Shown piece by piece: positions 38,178 through 48,041 of a DNA stretch of 64,000 bases. The notes under the pieces were generated by a model, which was given only the letters and a program-made list of their open reading frames with translations, was not told where the DNA came from and did not search any database. A program made the position numbers and the translations under genes. Within the stretch, counting starts at the first letter, position 1. The number at the start of each line of letters is the position of its first letter. The stretch comes from Bacteroidales bacterium. Lineage in GTDB: Bacteria; Bacteroidota; Bacteroidia; Bacteroidales; TTA-H9. The stretch lies in assembly GCA_030656615.1 (NCBI GenBank), contig JAUSOY010000007.1, forward strand, positions 27,814 through 91,813, read 5' to 3'.

Positions 38178-40084
38178 AAAATTTCGTGTTTTTTATAACC
38201 ACTGTATTTTTATCGTTGCAAACGGTGCATGCGCAAGATGCCTATTCAGTGGTTCATATTGCAGATTCATTAAAGCAAAATGCCGATGCAGTAATCAGGG
38301 TATATAACACAACCTACACCCGATCTTCAGTGGGCGATTATGCGCTTGATGTGCATTTTGTAATAACGGTATTGAATAAAAACGGCAACAACTCCGCAGA
38401 ACTGACATTATTCTACGACCGAAACACAAAAGTTTCAGACTTAAAAGGATTTGTATATAACAAAAATGGCCAATTACAGCATGCCTTCAATAAAAATGAA
38501 ATTCTCGATTTAGCCGCGAACAACAGTTATACTCTTTTTAGTGACAGCAGACTAAAGTTTTGCAAACCAGCGGTATCCGATTATCCATATACGATTGAAT
38601 ACAAATATACCATCGAAAATAAAGGCATTGTTGGTTTTAACACCTGGATGCCCCAAAAAGGATTCAATACATCGGTAGAAATAGCAAAACTGACATTTTG
38701 CACTTCAGAAAAATTTGACATTAAATACAAAGAATTAAATTATTCCTTCTTACATGAAGTTTCAGATAAAAAGAAGTGGAAAATCTACTATTGGACGGCT
38801 AATAACCTGAAAGCAGTTGAACATGAACCTCATATGCCCAATTCCTTGGATTTTATTCCTGCTATATTGCTATCGCCCGATAACACAGCGTATGAAGATA
38901 CAAAAGGAGATTTTTCATCATGGAAATCCTATGGAAAATGGGGGTATAACCTCATAATTAACAGGGATGAATTACCTTTGGAAACATCAAAATTTATAAA
39001 AGAATTAACGGATACAATTCCCAATAAAAAAGAAAAGGCAAAAGCGGTATACAAATACATGCAAAGCAGGACAAGATATGTAAATGTTACTTTGGGTATT
39101 GGCGGGTTTCAACCCTTAATGGCCACTGATGTTGATAAAAAGGGTTATGGAGATTGTAAAGCATTAACGAATTACACCAAAGCACTCTTGAAATGTGCCG
39201 GTTTAGAATCGTTTTATACCGAAATAGGTTCAGGCGACCATCACGAAATAAAATTCACCGATTTTGCCAGCACTAACCAGACCAACCACATAATCCTCTG
39301 TTTACCCGTGGATGGTGATACTGTATGGCTTGAATGCACAAACCAAAAAATCCCATTCGGATATATTGGTACAGCGAGCCAAAACCGATATGCACTAATG
39401 ATTACGCCCGATGGAGGCCTTTTAGTAAAAACCCCTTCATTAAATGCGAATCAGAATACAAGAACTTCAAATACAATTTTAACCATAAACGATTCGGGGA
39501 ATGCTGATTTTATAATTACTACAAAATATTACAACAATCTTTATAGCGAGATATTTGAATTATTAAACATTTCGGAAAAAGAACAAAAAGATGCACTCCT
39601 CAGAAATCTATCATCCTATAGGTCGATAAAACTTGAAAGTTTTTCGGTCAAGGATAAGTCCGACACGATTGCAAAAGGAGAACTCTTCGTTAAAGGAAAC
39701 CTGCAAAATTATGCTTCCATTGCTGGTAAGCGAATGCTTTTCACACCCGGGTTTTTTCACAAAAATGAATTAGCAGCTCTTATTCAAAACAAAAGAAAAG
39801 TTGATATTTATGAACCTTTAAGCTATTCATATATCGACAGCTTGCAGATTAATATACCGAAGAATTACAGCATTGAATATGTTGCGAGCAGCAGCCAGAT
39901 AGAGTCAACATATGGTGAATGTTTAATCAATGTAAAGCAGACCGAAAGTGCTATCATGGTGGTTAGAAAACTGAGCATTAAGCATGGGAATTACAATTTT
40001 AAAATGTTGGATGAAATAAGTAATTTAATCAGGAGTATGGTGAGTTTTGAAAATAAAAAAATTATAATCACCAAAACTGATTAA
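38174..40084 (+). CDS. DUF3857 / transglutaminase-like domain protein (catalytic triad apparently intact)
   Basis: Signal peptide, RYVNVTLGIGG, YGDCKAL, NHIIL and WLECT. Overlaps the upstream stop (ATGA). Confidence 0.88.
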   Translation: MKNFVFFITTVFLSLQTVHAQDAYSVVHIADSLKQNADAVIRVYNTTYTRSSVGDYALDVHFVITVLNKNGNNSAELTLFYDRNTKVSDLKGFVYNKNGQLQHAFNKNEILDLAANNSYTLFSDSRLKFCKPAVSDYPYTIEYKYTIENKGIVGFNTWMPQKGFNTSVEIAKLTFCTSEKFDIKYKELNYSFLHEVSDKKKWKIYYWTANNLKAVEHEPHMPNSLDFIPAILLSPDNTAYEDTKGDFSSWKSYGKWGYNLIINRDELPLETSKFIKELTDTIPNKKEKAKAVYKYMQSRTRYVNVTLGIGGFQPLMATDVDKKGYGDCKALTNYTKALLKCAGLESFYTEIGSGDHHEIKFTDFASTNQTNHIILCLPVDGDTVWLECTNQKIPFGYIGTASQNRYALMITPDGGLLVKTPSLNANQNTRTSNTILTINDSGNADFIITTKYYNNLYSEIFELLNISEKEQKDALLRNLSSYRSIKLESFSVKDKSDTIAKGELFVKGNLQNYASIAGKRMLFTPGFFHKNELAALIQNKRKVDIYEPLSYSYIDSLQINIPKNYSIEYVASSSQIESTYGECLINVKQTESAIMVVRKLSIKHGNYNFKMLDEISNLIRSMVSFENKKIIITKTD

Positions 40085-40333
40085 TTCATTTATCGAGTCA
40101 GACGGTTCCTCTCCATCACCTATTTGAGTCGTATTTCAGTATTGGTGATAAATATCAGCCTCACATAATAAAAACAGCGTTTAGCTTACACCCTAACAAA
40201 CAAAATTCCTGATGTAACTGAAGAAAGCTGTGGATACAATTCACCCTTTCTTTTACTTTTGCCAAACAGAAAGTCAAACATTATTGTCTTTGTATACAAT
40301 TTAACTGGTAATCATAGTCTTATAAATAATATC

Positions 40334-41098
40334 ATGCGAAAAAAAATCATTCTTTCATTCACAATATGTGTAATCTCAATCTTCGGATTACAGCTCTTGG
40401 GACAAAAAAACGATTTACAGAAACAAAATCTTAAAGGAAAAATCCATTCGATTCATGAAGTGCATTTCAATGTTTCTGAAAATACCGGACAATTCACGAA
40501 AGGGGTTGTCGATGATTCATTCACCAATTTATTTGACGAAAAGGGTAATAAGATTGAAGATACCCGATGCAAAGCAAATGGAAGTATCGATAAGACGTAC
40601 AAATACGAAACCGATGGACTTGGCTTCAGAATAGCCCAAAGGCAATATAGTTCTGACAACACCCTTATCCGAAGAATCAAATATTATTACGATAAAAATG
40701 GCTTATTAACGGAAGACATCAGTTTTTCCGAGGCAGGCGTTCAAGAAAAGAAATATACTTATGAGTATGATGCAGGTGGAAGCTTAATTGCCGATAACAG
40801 CTACACTCCGGATGGTCAGTTAATAAAGAGGTACACATATTCGTATAACAGTTCCGGAAATATCGAAACCAACAAAAAATTTGATAAATCGGGGAATCTC
40901 GAAAAGATTATCCATTTCCAAAACAATGAGAATGGAGATGTTGTTGAAGAAAATGAGTATTCTGCAAGCGAAACGCTCATAAGCACCATCCGTTATCAAT
41001 ATGAATATGATGGTCATGGGAATTGGATCAAAAAAACCATCCTTAAAGACAGCAGCCCGATTATTTTTGTTGAAAAAGAAATAGAATACCAGAAATAA
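40334..41098 (+). CDS. Secreted YD/RHS-like repeat protein
   Basis: Signal peptide from the ATG at 40334, roughly 24-aa repeats with Y-x-Y-D-x-x-G, and end motif YEYDGHGNWIKK. Confidence 0.72.
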   Translation: MRKKIILSFTICVISIFGLQLLGQKNDLQKQNLKGKIHSIHEVHFNVSENTGQFTKGVVDDSFTNLFDEKGNKIEDTRCKANGSIDKTYKYETDGLGFRIAQRQYSSDNTLIRRIKYYYDKNGLLTEDISFSEAGVQEKKYTYEYDAGGSLIADNSYTPDGQLIKRYTYSYNSSGNIETNKKFDKSGNLEKIIHFQNNENGDVVEENEYSASETLISTIRYQYEYDGHGNWIKKTILKDSSPIIFVEKEIEYQK

Positions 41099-41364
41099 TT
41101 ATTTGGTTTCCAGTTATTTCTAATTGAAGATTTACGAATTTATCGCAGTATTCCGGAATATCTCTACATTGGCAAAACGTTTAATGGCTTGAAAAAAGCT
41201 CTGAAATCAAAGAAAATCGGAATGCTTGTATCTTGCTTATAGGATATCAAAAAATCTTTCATGGGTTTCATATTTTTTGAGTAATTTTGTGGTCTTTGGA
41301 ACTAAAATTCTTAGTTCCTGATTTTTAGTTTGTTACAATTATTATTTTTAGAATTCACATAAAA

Positions 41365-44154
41365 ATGGGTAAAAAAGAAAGCAAACATGTTTACTGTTTC
41401 GGCAATCGCAGTGCCGAAGGAAACGGTAAGATGAAGAATGAACTGGGTGGCAAGGGTGCCAACCTGGCTGAAATGAACCTGATTGGTGTTCCCGTTCCTC
41501 CGGGCTTTACCATTACTACAGAGGTTTGTGACGCATATTACAAACTGGGACGCGAGAAAGCCCTCGAGATGATCCACGATGAAGTAGTGGAAGGTGTTCG
41601 TTTCATCGAAAATATTATGGGTTCCAAACTGACCGATTCAGCCAATCCTTGTCTGGTATCTGTTCGCTCAGGTTCACGGGCTTCGATGCCCGGAATGATG
41701 GACACTGTTTTAAATCTGGGTCTTAATGATCAGGCAGTTGAAGGTCTTTCCATCAAAACCGGAAATCCACGTTTTGTATGGGATTCATATCGCCGTTTTG
41801 TACAAATGTTTGGTGATGTGGTTCTTGGAATGAAACCAGAATCGAAAGAAGATGCTGATCCATTTGAAGAAATTATTGAAAATCTGAAGGAAGAAAAAGG
41901 CATTCATAATGATACCGATCTTTCTGCTGATGATTTGAAAGAACTTGTTGCCCGTTTCAAAGAAGCTGTTAAAAAGAACACTGGTAAGGATTTTCCTTCC
42001 GACCCATGGGAACAGCTCTGGGGTTCTATCGTTTCCGTTTTCGATTCATGGATGAATGACCGCGCTATTTATTATCGCAAACTCAACAATATCCCTGACG
42101 AATGGGGAACAGCTGTTAATGTACAAGCCATGGTTTTTGGTAACATGGGCGACAACTCCGCTACCGGAGTAGCTTTTACCCGTGATTCATCTACCGGAGA
42201 AGGCATCTTCAATGGAGAATACCTGATTAATGCTCAGGGAGAAGATGTGGTTGCCGGTATTCGTACCCCACAGGAAATTACGCTGGAAGGTTCAAAACGC
42301 TGGGCAAAACTTGCCAGTGTTACCGAAGAAGACAGGGCTGCAAAATTCCCATCCCTCGAAGAAACCATGCCCGTTATTTATAAAGAATTGATGGAAATCC
42401 AGAAAAAACTGGAAAACCATTATACAGATATGCAGGATATTGAGTTTACCGTTCAGGACGGAAAACTTTGGATGCTTCAGACCCGTAATGCCAAGCGTAC
42501 AGGAGCCAGTCAGGTAAGAGTTGCTATGGATATGCTTCGCGAAGGACTTATCGATGAACCAACGGCTATTATGCGTGTAGAGCCTAACAAACTGGACGAA
42601 TTACTCCATCCGGTATTCGACCGTGGCGCTATCGCTTCTGCCCGTGTTATTGCTAAAGGACTTCCCGCTTCTCCGGGTGCTGCTACCGGACAAATTGTTT
42701 TTCAGGCAGATGATGCCGAACAATGGTCATTAGCTGGTAAAAAAATTGTTCTTGTTCGTATCGAAACCTCTCCCGAAGATTTACGCGGAATGGTTGTGGC
42801 TGAAGGTATTCTCACCGCCCGCGGTGGTATGACCTCTCATGCTGCCGTTGTTGCCCGCGGAATGGGAAAATGCTGTGTTTCCGGTGCCGGAAGCGTAAAA
42901 ATTGATTATCGTAAAAAGACCATCATCGCCGATGGCAAAACCTTTAATGAAGGTGACTGGATTTCTCTGAATGGTTCCACCGGTGAAGTATATGAAGGTA
43001 AAATCAAAACCGTTGATCCGGAATTAAGTGGCGATTTTGGTAATCTCATGACCCTTACCGACAAATTTGCTACCATGCTGGTTCGTACGAATGCTGATAC
43101 TCCTCATGATGCACAGGTTGCCCGCAATTTCGGTGCACAGGGAATCGGACTGTGTCGTACCGAACATATGTTCTTTGGTGGTGATAAAATTAAAGCAATG
43201 CGCGAAATGATTCTGGCTGATGATGAAGCAGGACGTCGTCTGGCACTTGCAAAACTTCTTCCTATGCAGCGCGAAGACTTCGAGGGCATCTTCGAAGCCA
43301 TGCACGATTTACCCGTAACGGTACGCTTGCTCGATCCTCCTCTGCACGAATTTGTTCCTCACGAAGAAGCCAACCAGAAAGAAATGGCTGAAGAAATGGG
43401 CGTTAGCGTAGAAGAAATCAAAAATAAAGTTGATTCGCTTCACGAATTCAATCCCATGCTCGGACATCGTGGTTGCCGTCTTGGAAACACCTATCCTGAG
43501 ATTTCCGAAATGCAGGCACGCGCCATTATTGAAGCAGCTTTAGACCTGAAGAAAAAAGGTATTACTGCTAAACCAGAAATCATGATTCCTCTCACAGGAA
43601 CCTATGCCGAAATGAAGATGCAGGAAATTATCGTAAGAGAAACTGCTGAAACTGTTTTTGCAGAACGTAACGACCGTATCGAATATTTGGTAGGCACTAT
43701 GATAGAAGTTCCCAGAGCCGCTATCACTGCCGACAAAATTGCCGAATCCGCTGAGTTCTTCTCCTTTGGAACCAATGACCTCACCCAAATGACCTTTGGT
43801 TATTCACGGGATGATTCCGGTAAATTCCTCCCCGTTTATCTTGAGAAAAACATTTTAAAATACGATCCATTCCAGGTTCTTGACCAGGAAGGTGTTGGAC
43901 GTCTGATGAAGATTGCTGTTAAAAAAGGCCGTAAAACCCGCAAAAATATCAAGATTGGTATTTGCGGTGAACACGGTGGCGAACCCTCATCCGTTGAGTT
44001 CTGCAATACGCTCGGTTTTAATTATGTAAGCTGCTCACCTTTCCGTATACCAATTGCACGTCTTGCTGCTGCTCAGGCTGTTATCAAACAGGGAGCGCCT
44101 AAAAACAAGAAAGCAAAAAAGGATAAAAAGGGTAAAAAAGATAAGAAAAAATAA
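41365..44154 (+). CDS. ppdK: Pyruvate, phosphate dikinase
   Basis: GGKGANLAEM, SMPGMMDT, GGMTSHAAVVARG (phospho-His), GLCRTEHMF, FSFGTNDLTQ and ICGEHGG. Confidence 0.98.
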   Translation: MGKKESKHVYCFGNRSAEGNGKMKNELGGKGANLAEMNLIGVPVPPGFTITTEVCDAYYKLGREKALEMIHDEVVEGVRFIENIMGSKLTDSANPCLVSVRSGSRASMPGMMDTVLNLGLNDQAVEGLSIKTGNPRFVWDSYRRFVQMFGDVVLGMKPESKEDADPFEEIIENLKEEKGIHNDTDLSADDLKELVARFKEAVKKNTGKDFPSDPWEQLWGSIVSVFDSWMNDRAIYYRKLNNIPDEWGTAVNVQAMVFGNMGDNSATGVAFTRDSSTGEGIFNGEYLINAQGEDVVAGIRTPQEITLEGSKRWAKLASVTEEDRAAKFPSLEETMPVIYKELMEIQKKLENHYTDMQDIEFTVQDGKLWMLQTRNAKRTGASQVRVAMDMLREGLIDEPTAIMRVEPNKLDELLHPVFDRGAIASARVIAKGLPASPGAATGQIVFQADDAEQWSLAGKKIVLVRIETSPEDLRGMVVAEGILTARGGMTSHAAVVARGMGKCCVSGAGSVKIDYRKKTIIADGKTFNEGDWISLNGSTGEVYEGKIKTVDPELSGDFGNLMTLTDKFATMLVRTNADTPHDAQVARNFGAQGIGLCRTEHMFFGGDKIKAMREMILADDEAGRRLALAKLLPMQREDFEGIFEAMHDLPVTVRLLDPPLHEFVPHEEANQKEMAEEMGVSVEEIKNKVDSLHEFNPMLGHRGCRLGNTYPEISEMQARAIIEAALDLKKKGITAKPEIMIPLTGTYAEMKMQEIIVRETAETVFAERNDRIEYLVGTMIEVPRAAITADKIAESAEFFSFGTNDLTQMTFGYSRDDSGKFLPVYLEKNILKYDPFQVLDQEGVGRLMKIAVKKGRKTRKNIKIGICGEHGGEPSSVEFCNTLGFNYVSCSPFRIPIARLAAAQAVIKQGAPKNKKAKKDKKGKKDKKK

Positions 44155-44205
44155 TTTTTGGACTTATTCTTAAGGAACCGAAATGGTTCTGACTTAATAC
44201 TTTTC

Positions 44206-44247
44206 GGAGATGTCAAGCATTCATGATTGGCATCTCCTTTCTTTTTT
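44206..44247 (+). terminator. Intrinsic terminator after ppdK
   Basis: Stem GGAGATGTCAA / TTGGCATCTCC followed by TTTCTTTTTT. Confidence 0.75.
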
Positions 44248-44522
44248 CCACTGTTTCAAACGATTGCCACTTCTATCATTCTTGTTTTCAAAAAAAAAAT
44301 CAAGGATATATAAATCATTGATTATCACAAATTCGAAGAGCGGAAGCAAACTAAATCCTAATAAAGCAGTGCTCAATCAATATCAAGGAACAATTAAGAC
44401 AATTGCCCTCTTAAAGTTGATAGTTTCTGGCATTACTTCTTTCGAACTTTATAATACAATTGTCAAAAAGCTTATGGCTGAATTTCTTTAACGTTCAACG
44501 AATTTCGTAGTCATTTTTACCC

Positions 44523-44530
44523 TACCTTTG
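44523..44530 (+). promoter_or_regulatory. -7 promoter element for typA
   Basis: TACCTTTG(C) about 40 nt upstream of the ATG. Confidence 0.6.
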
Positions 44531-44568
44531 CACCCCCGTATTTTTTTACATTTCAATAAATTAATCCT

Positions 44569-46374
44569 ATGGATATCAGGAATATCGCAATTATAGCTCA
44601 CGTCGACCACGGAAAAACCACTCTGGTAGATCGTATTTTACACCAGGTTAACCTCTTTCGTGCGAATCAGGAAGTAAAGGATCTCATCCTAGATTCGAAC
44701 GATCTAGAGCGCGAACGCGGTATTACCATCCTGGCGAAAAATGTTTCCGTACGATATAAAGAAGTAAAAATCAATATTATCGATACCCCTGGTCACTCTG
44801 ATTTTGGTGGTGAAGTTGAAAGAGTACTAAATATGGCCGATGGCGTTCTATTAGTAGTGGATGCTTTTGAAGGTCCAATGCCTCAGACCCGTTTCGTTCT
44901 CGAAAAAGCATTAAGTCTGAATCTGAAACCCATTGTGGTTATCAATAAAGTGGATAAACCCAATTGCGATCCAGACCTGACCCATGAAGCCGTATTTGAT
45001 CTCATGTTTTCTTTAGGAGCAACGGAAGATCAACTTGATTTTCCTGTGGTTTTTGGCTCATCCAAACATGGCTGGATGGCTGCCGATTGGCAACATCCTT
45101 CCGAAGACGTTACCTATTTATTGGATAAAATCATCGAACATATTCCCGCTCCGAAAATTCCTGAGGGTAACCTGCAAATGATGATAACATCGCTTGATTA
45201 CTCTTCGTATCTGGGGCGTATCGCCGTTGGGCGGGTATTACGTGGAACAATCATTGCCGGAATGAATGTGTCTCTGGCAAAAAGAGACGGAACTTTCGTA
45301 AAATCCAAAATCAAAGAATTGTATCTGTTTGAGGGTCTGGGCAAAGAAAAAATTAAGACGGAAGTTATTGCTGGCGATATATGTGCTGTTCTGGGACCCG
45401 AAGATTTTGATATTGGCGACACCATCGCCGATTCAGAAAATCCGGAAGCAGTACCGCCAATTATGGTCGATGAACCAACCATGAGTATGTTCTTTACCAT
45501 CAATAATTCACCTTTCTTTGGAAAAGAAGGAAAACTCGTTACGTCACGACATTTACGCGACAGACTATATCTTGAAATAGAAAAAAATCTGGCATTAAGG
45601 GTTGAAGACACCAATTCACCCGATGCTTATCTGGTTTACGGCCGGGGAGTTCTTCATCTCTCCATTCTTATAGAAACCATGCGCCGCGAGGGATATGAAT
45701 TACAGGTTGGTCAGCCAAAAGTTATTACAAAAGAAATTGATGGCGTCAAATGCGAGCCTATGGAGCATCTTATGGTAAATACTCCGGAACAGTTCTCAGG
45801 AAAAGTTATCGAACTTGTTTCTATGCGTAAGGGTGAAACAACGAGTATTATCACTCGTAATGATCGTATCCACATGGAATTTAAGATACCTGCCCGTGGT
45901 ATCATCGGACTTCGTAACAATGTACTGACAGCTACAGAAGGTGAAGCAGTTATGGCACATCGTTTTGACGGCTACGAACCCTGGAAAGGTGATATTGGTA
46001 TTCGAAGAAATGGAGCACTCATTTCTCACGAAACTGGTCAAGCTATCGCATATTCTATTGACAAACTGCAGGACAGGGGGACTTTTTTCATTTCGCCCAA
46101 CGATCCTGTTTACGCCGGAATGATTATCGGTGAATATTCCAGGCAAGATGATTTATTGGTGAATGTTATTAAAACCAAAAAACTGACCAACGTTCGTGCT
46201 TCTGGAACGGATGATAAAATCATGATTTCGCCTCCCCGTCGCTTTTCTCTGGAAGAATGTATGGAGTACATTGGCGAAGATGAATATCTGGAAATCACAC
46301 CACTATCTTTACGGATGCGTAAGATCATTCTGGATGAAAACGAACGCAAACGCAGTAATAAAAAAAGCGATTAG
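44569..46374 (+). CDS. typA: Translational GTPase TypA/BipA
   Basis: AHVDHGKTT, ERERGITILAK, DTPGH, NKVD, GRGVLHLSILIETMRREG and KKLTNVRASG. Confidence 0.98.
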   Translation: MDIRNIAIIAHVDHGKTTLVDRILHQVNLFRANQEVKDLILDSNDLERERGITILAKNVSVRYKEVKINIIDTPGHSDFGGEVERVLNMADGVLLVVDAFEGPMPQTRFVLEKALSLNLKPIVVINKVDKPNCDPDLTHEAVFDLMFSLGATEDQLDFPVVFGSSKHGWMAADWQHPSEDVTYLLDKIIEHIPAPKIPEGNLQMMITSLDYSSYLGRIAVGRVLRGTIIAGMNVSLAKRDGTFVKSKIKELYLFEGLGKEKIKTEVIAGDICAVLGPEDFDIGDTIADSENPEAVPPIMVDEPTMSMFFTINNSPFFGKEGKLVTSRHLRDRLYLEIEKNLALRVEDTNSPDAYLVYGRGVLHLSILIETMRREGYELQVGQPKVITKEIDGVKCEPMEHLMVNTPEQFSGKVIELVSMRKGETTSIITRNDRIHMEFKIPARGIIGLRNNVLTATEGEAVMAHRFDGYEPWKGDIGIRRNGALISHETGQAIAYSIDKLQDRGTFFISPNDPVYAGMIIGEYSRQDDLLVNVIKTKKLTNVRASGTDDKIMISPPRRFSLEECMEYIGEDEYLEITPLSLRMRKIILDENERKRSNKKSD

Positions 46375-46555
46375 TTTTAGCAAACTCGAATTTTATCTAT
46401 TTCGTCTTCATTTTAATATACTACTTCGAGGGTATTTATTCAGACTCGTATCTTATAATTCCATATTGAAGGATTTTACTTCAAAGAATGACACGAATAA
46501 TGGGATTTCGCGAGAATTATTACCTTTGCTGTGTTAATATATTTCTAATAACAAT

Positions 46556-46592
46556 TATAACAAAAAATCTTTTTTGCAGATTTTTTGTTATA
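46556..46592. repeat. Perfect 15-bp inverted repeat in the leader of the GlmU-like gene
   Basis: TATAACAAAAAATCT, 7-nt loop, AGATTTTTTGTTATA, downstream of a TACCTTTG box at 46521-46528. Confidence 0.75.
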
Positions 46593-46667
46593 TTATTGGA
46601 ATATAGGAAGAACTAAACATTCTTCGGCTTATTAAACTGATAATCAGACAGAAATCATTTTTGCCAT

Positions 46668-47855
46668 ATGAATTATATATTATTTGACGATTATTCGCGC
46701 AACAATTTACTGCCCCTCACCTTCCTGAGGCCTGTTGCAGACTTACGATTTGGCATTTTAACCATACGCGAAAAATGGGAAAAAATGCTCAATGTTAAAA
46801 CTTCATCGCTTACAGAAGAATATTTAAGTATTAAATATCCCATGGTAAAGGGAGCAAATAATATCCTTATCAATGGTTCGGTATGTCCGAGTCCTGAATT
46901 GGTTAAGGAAATTGCGACTCTTAAACCCAATGAAGCTTTATTAAGTCAGGACAGCATAATTGCTTTGCATGTCATTGCCGAAGATCTTGATAAAATTGGC
47001 GAAGGTGATACGGAAGGTATTATTGAAATTGAAACAAAATCGCCGTTTACAAAGATCAATTACCCTTGGGAAATTTATGCAAAGAATGCTGAAGCTATTG
47101 CTGCTGACTTTGAATTTTTAACCAAAGGAAAAACTTCTGCAACCATAAGCAGTAGCAACAAACTTACTGCTCCAGAGATGATTTTTATTGAAGAAGGTGC
47201 AGTAGTAGAAAATGTGATTCTTAACGCATCCGAAGGTCCGATATACATCGGAAAAAATGCTCAGATTTGGGAAGGTTCTGTTATTCGTGGCCCCTTTGCT
47301 CTTTGTAATGATGCTATTGTAAAAATGCAGAGTATTATTTATGGCGCCACGACTATTGGTCCATTTGCAAAAATTGGCGGAGAAATCGAAAACTCTGTCA
47401 TCATGGGCTATTCCAACAAACCCCATTGTGGTTACCTGGGTAATTCGGTCGTTGGTCAGTGGTGCAATATCGCCGCAGGAACCAATGTTGCTAACCTTAA
47501 CAATACATATGCAACCGTTAAAGTCTGGAATTATCCTCAGGAAAAATTTATTGATACCGGCCAGCAATTCTGTGGACTTATCATGGGCGATCATTCAAAA
47601 ACCGGAATAAATACAATGTTTAACACTGGTTCAGTCGTTGGTGTTAACAGCAATGTATTCGGTCATGGCTATCAAAGAAACTTTGTTTCGTCCTTTATGT
47701 GGGGAGGTCCGGCAGGTTATTCAGCATACGTTATCCACAAAGCACTCGACACGGCCATGCACGTATTAAAACGTCGCGGAGTAGATCTTACGGAAGCTGA
47801 ACTCGAGATTTTCCGCTCAGTATATGAAATGACTGCTGGAAACGCACGTCTGTAA
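46668..47855 (+). CDS. Bacteroidota GlmU-like putative sugar nucleotidyltransferase/acyltransferase with hexapeptide repeats
   Basis: LLPLTFLRPVADLRFGILTIREKW N-terminus, left-handed beta-helix repeats and GLIMGDHSKTGINTMFNTG. Confidence 0.85.
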   Translation: MNYILFDDYSRNNLLPLTFLRPVADLRFGILTIREKWEKMLNVKTSSLTEEYLSIKYPMVKGANNILINGSVCPSPELVKEIATLKPNEALLSQDSIIALHVIAEDLDKIGEGDTEGIIEIETKSPFTKINYPWEIYAKNAEAIAADFEFLTKGKTSATISSSNKLTAPEMIFIEEGAVVENVILNASEGPIYIGKNAQIWEGSVIRGPFALCNDAIVKMQSIIYGATTIGPFAKIGGEIENSVIMGYSNKPHCGYLGNSVVGQWCNIAAGTNVANLNNTYATVKVWNYPQEKFIDTGQQFCGLIMGDHSKTGINTMFNTGSVVGVNSNVFGHGYQRNFVSSFMWGGPAGYSAYVIHKALDTAMHVLKRRGVDLTEAELEIFRSVYEMTAGNARL

Positions 47856-48041
47856 ACCGACAGCACCTGACATACACTTTCTGTTTCTGAATGTGGCATG
47901 TTTGTTGACGATATAAACTTTCTTGATCATTATCCTGTAATTCCTGATACAATGCAACAGGAATTATGGTGTTTTGACAAAATGCTGTCCGCTTTTTTTT
48001 GCGTATAACATCCTCACTAATCCAAACTGACAATTTGTCTT

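Noticed and set aside
44210-44491. 93-aa ORF between ppdK and typA
   Set aside because: Starts inside the ppdK terminator hairpin and has no coding features.
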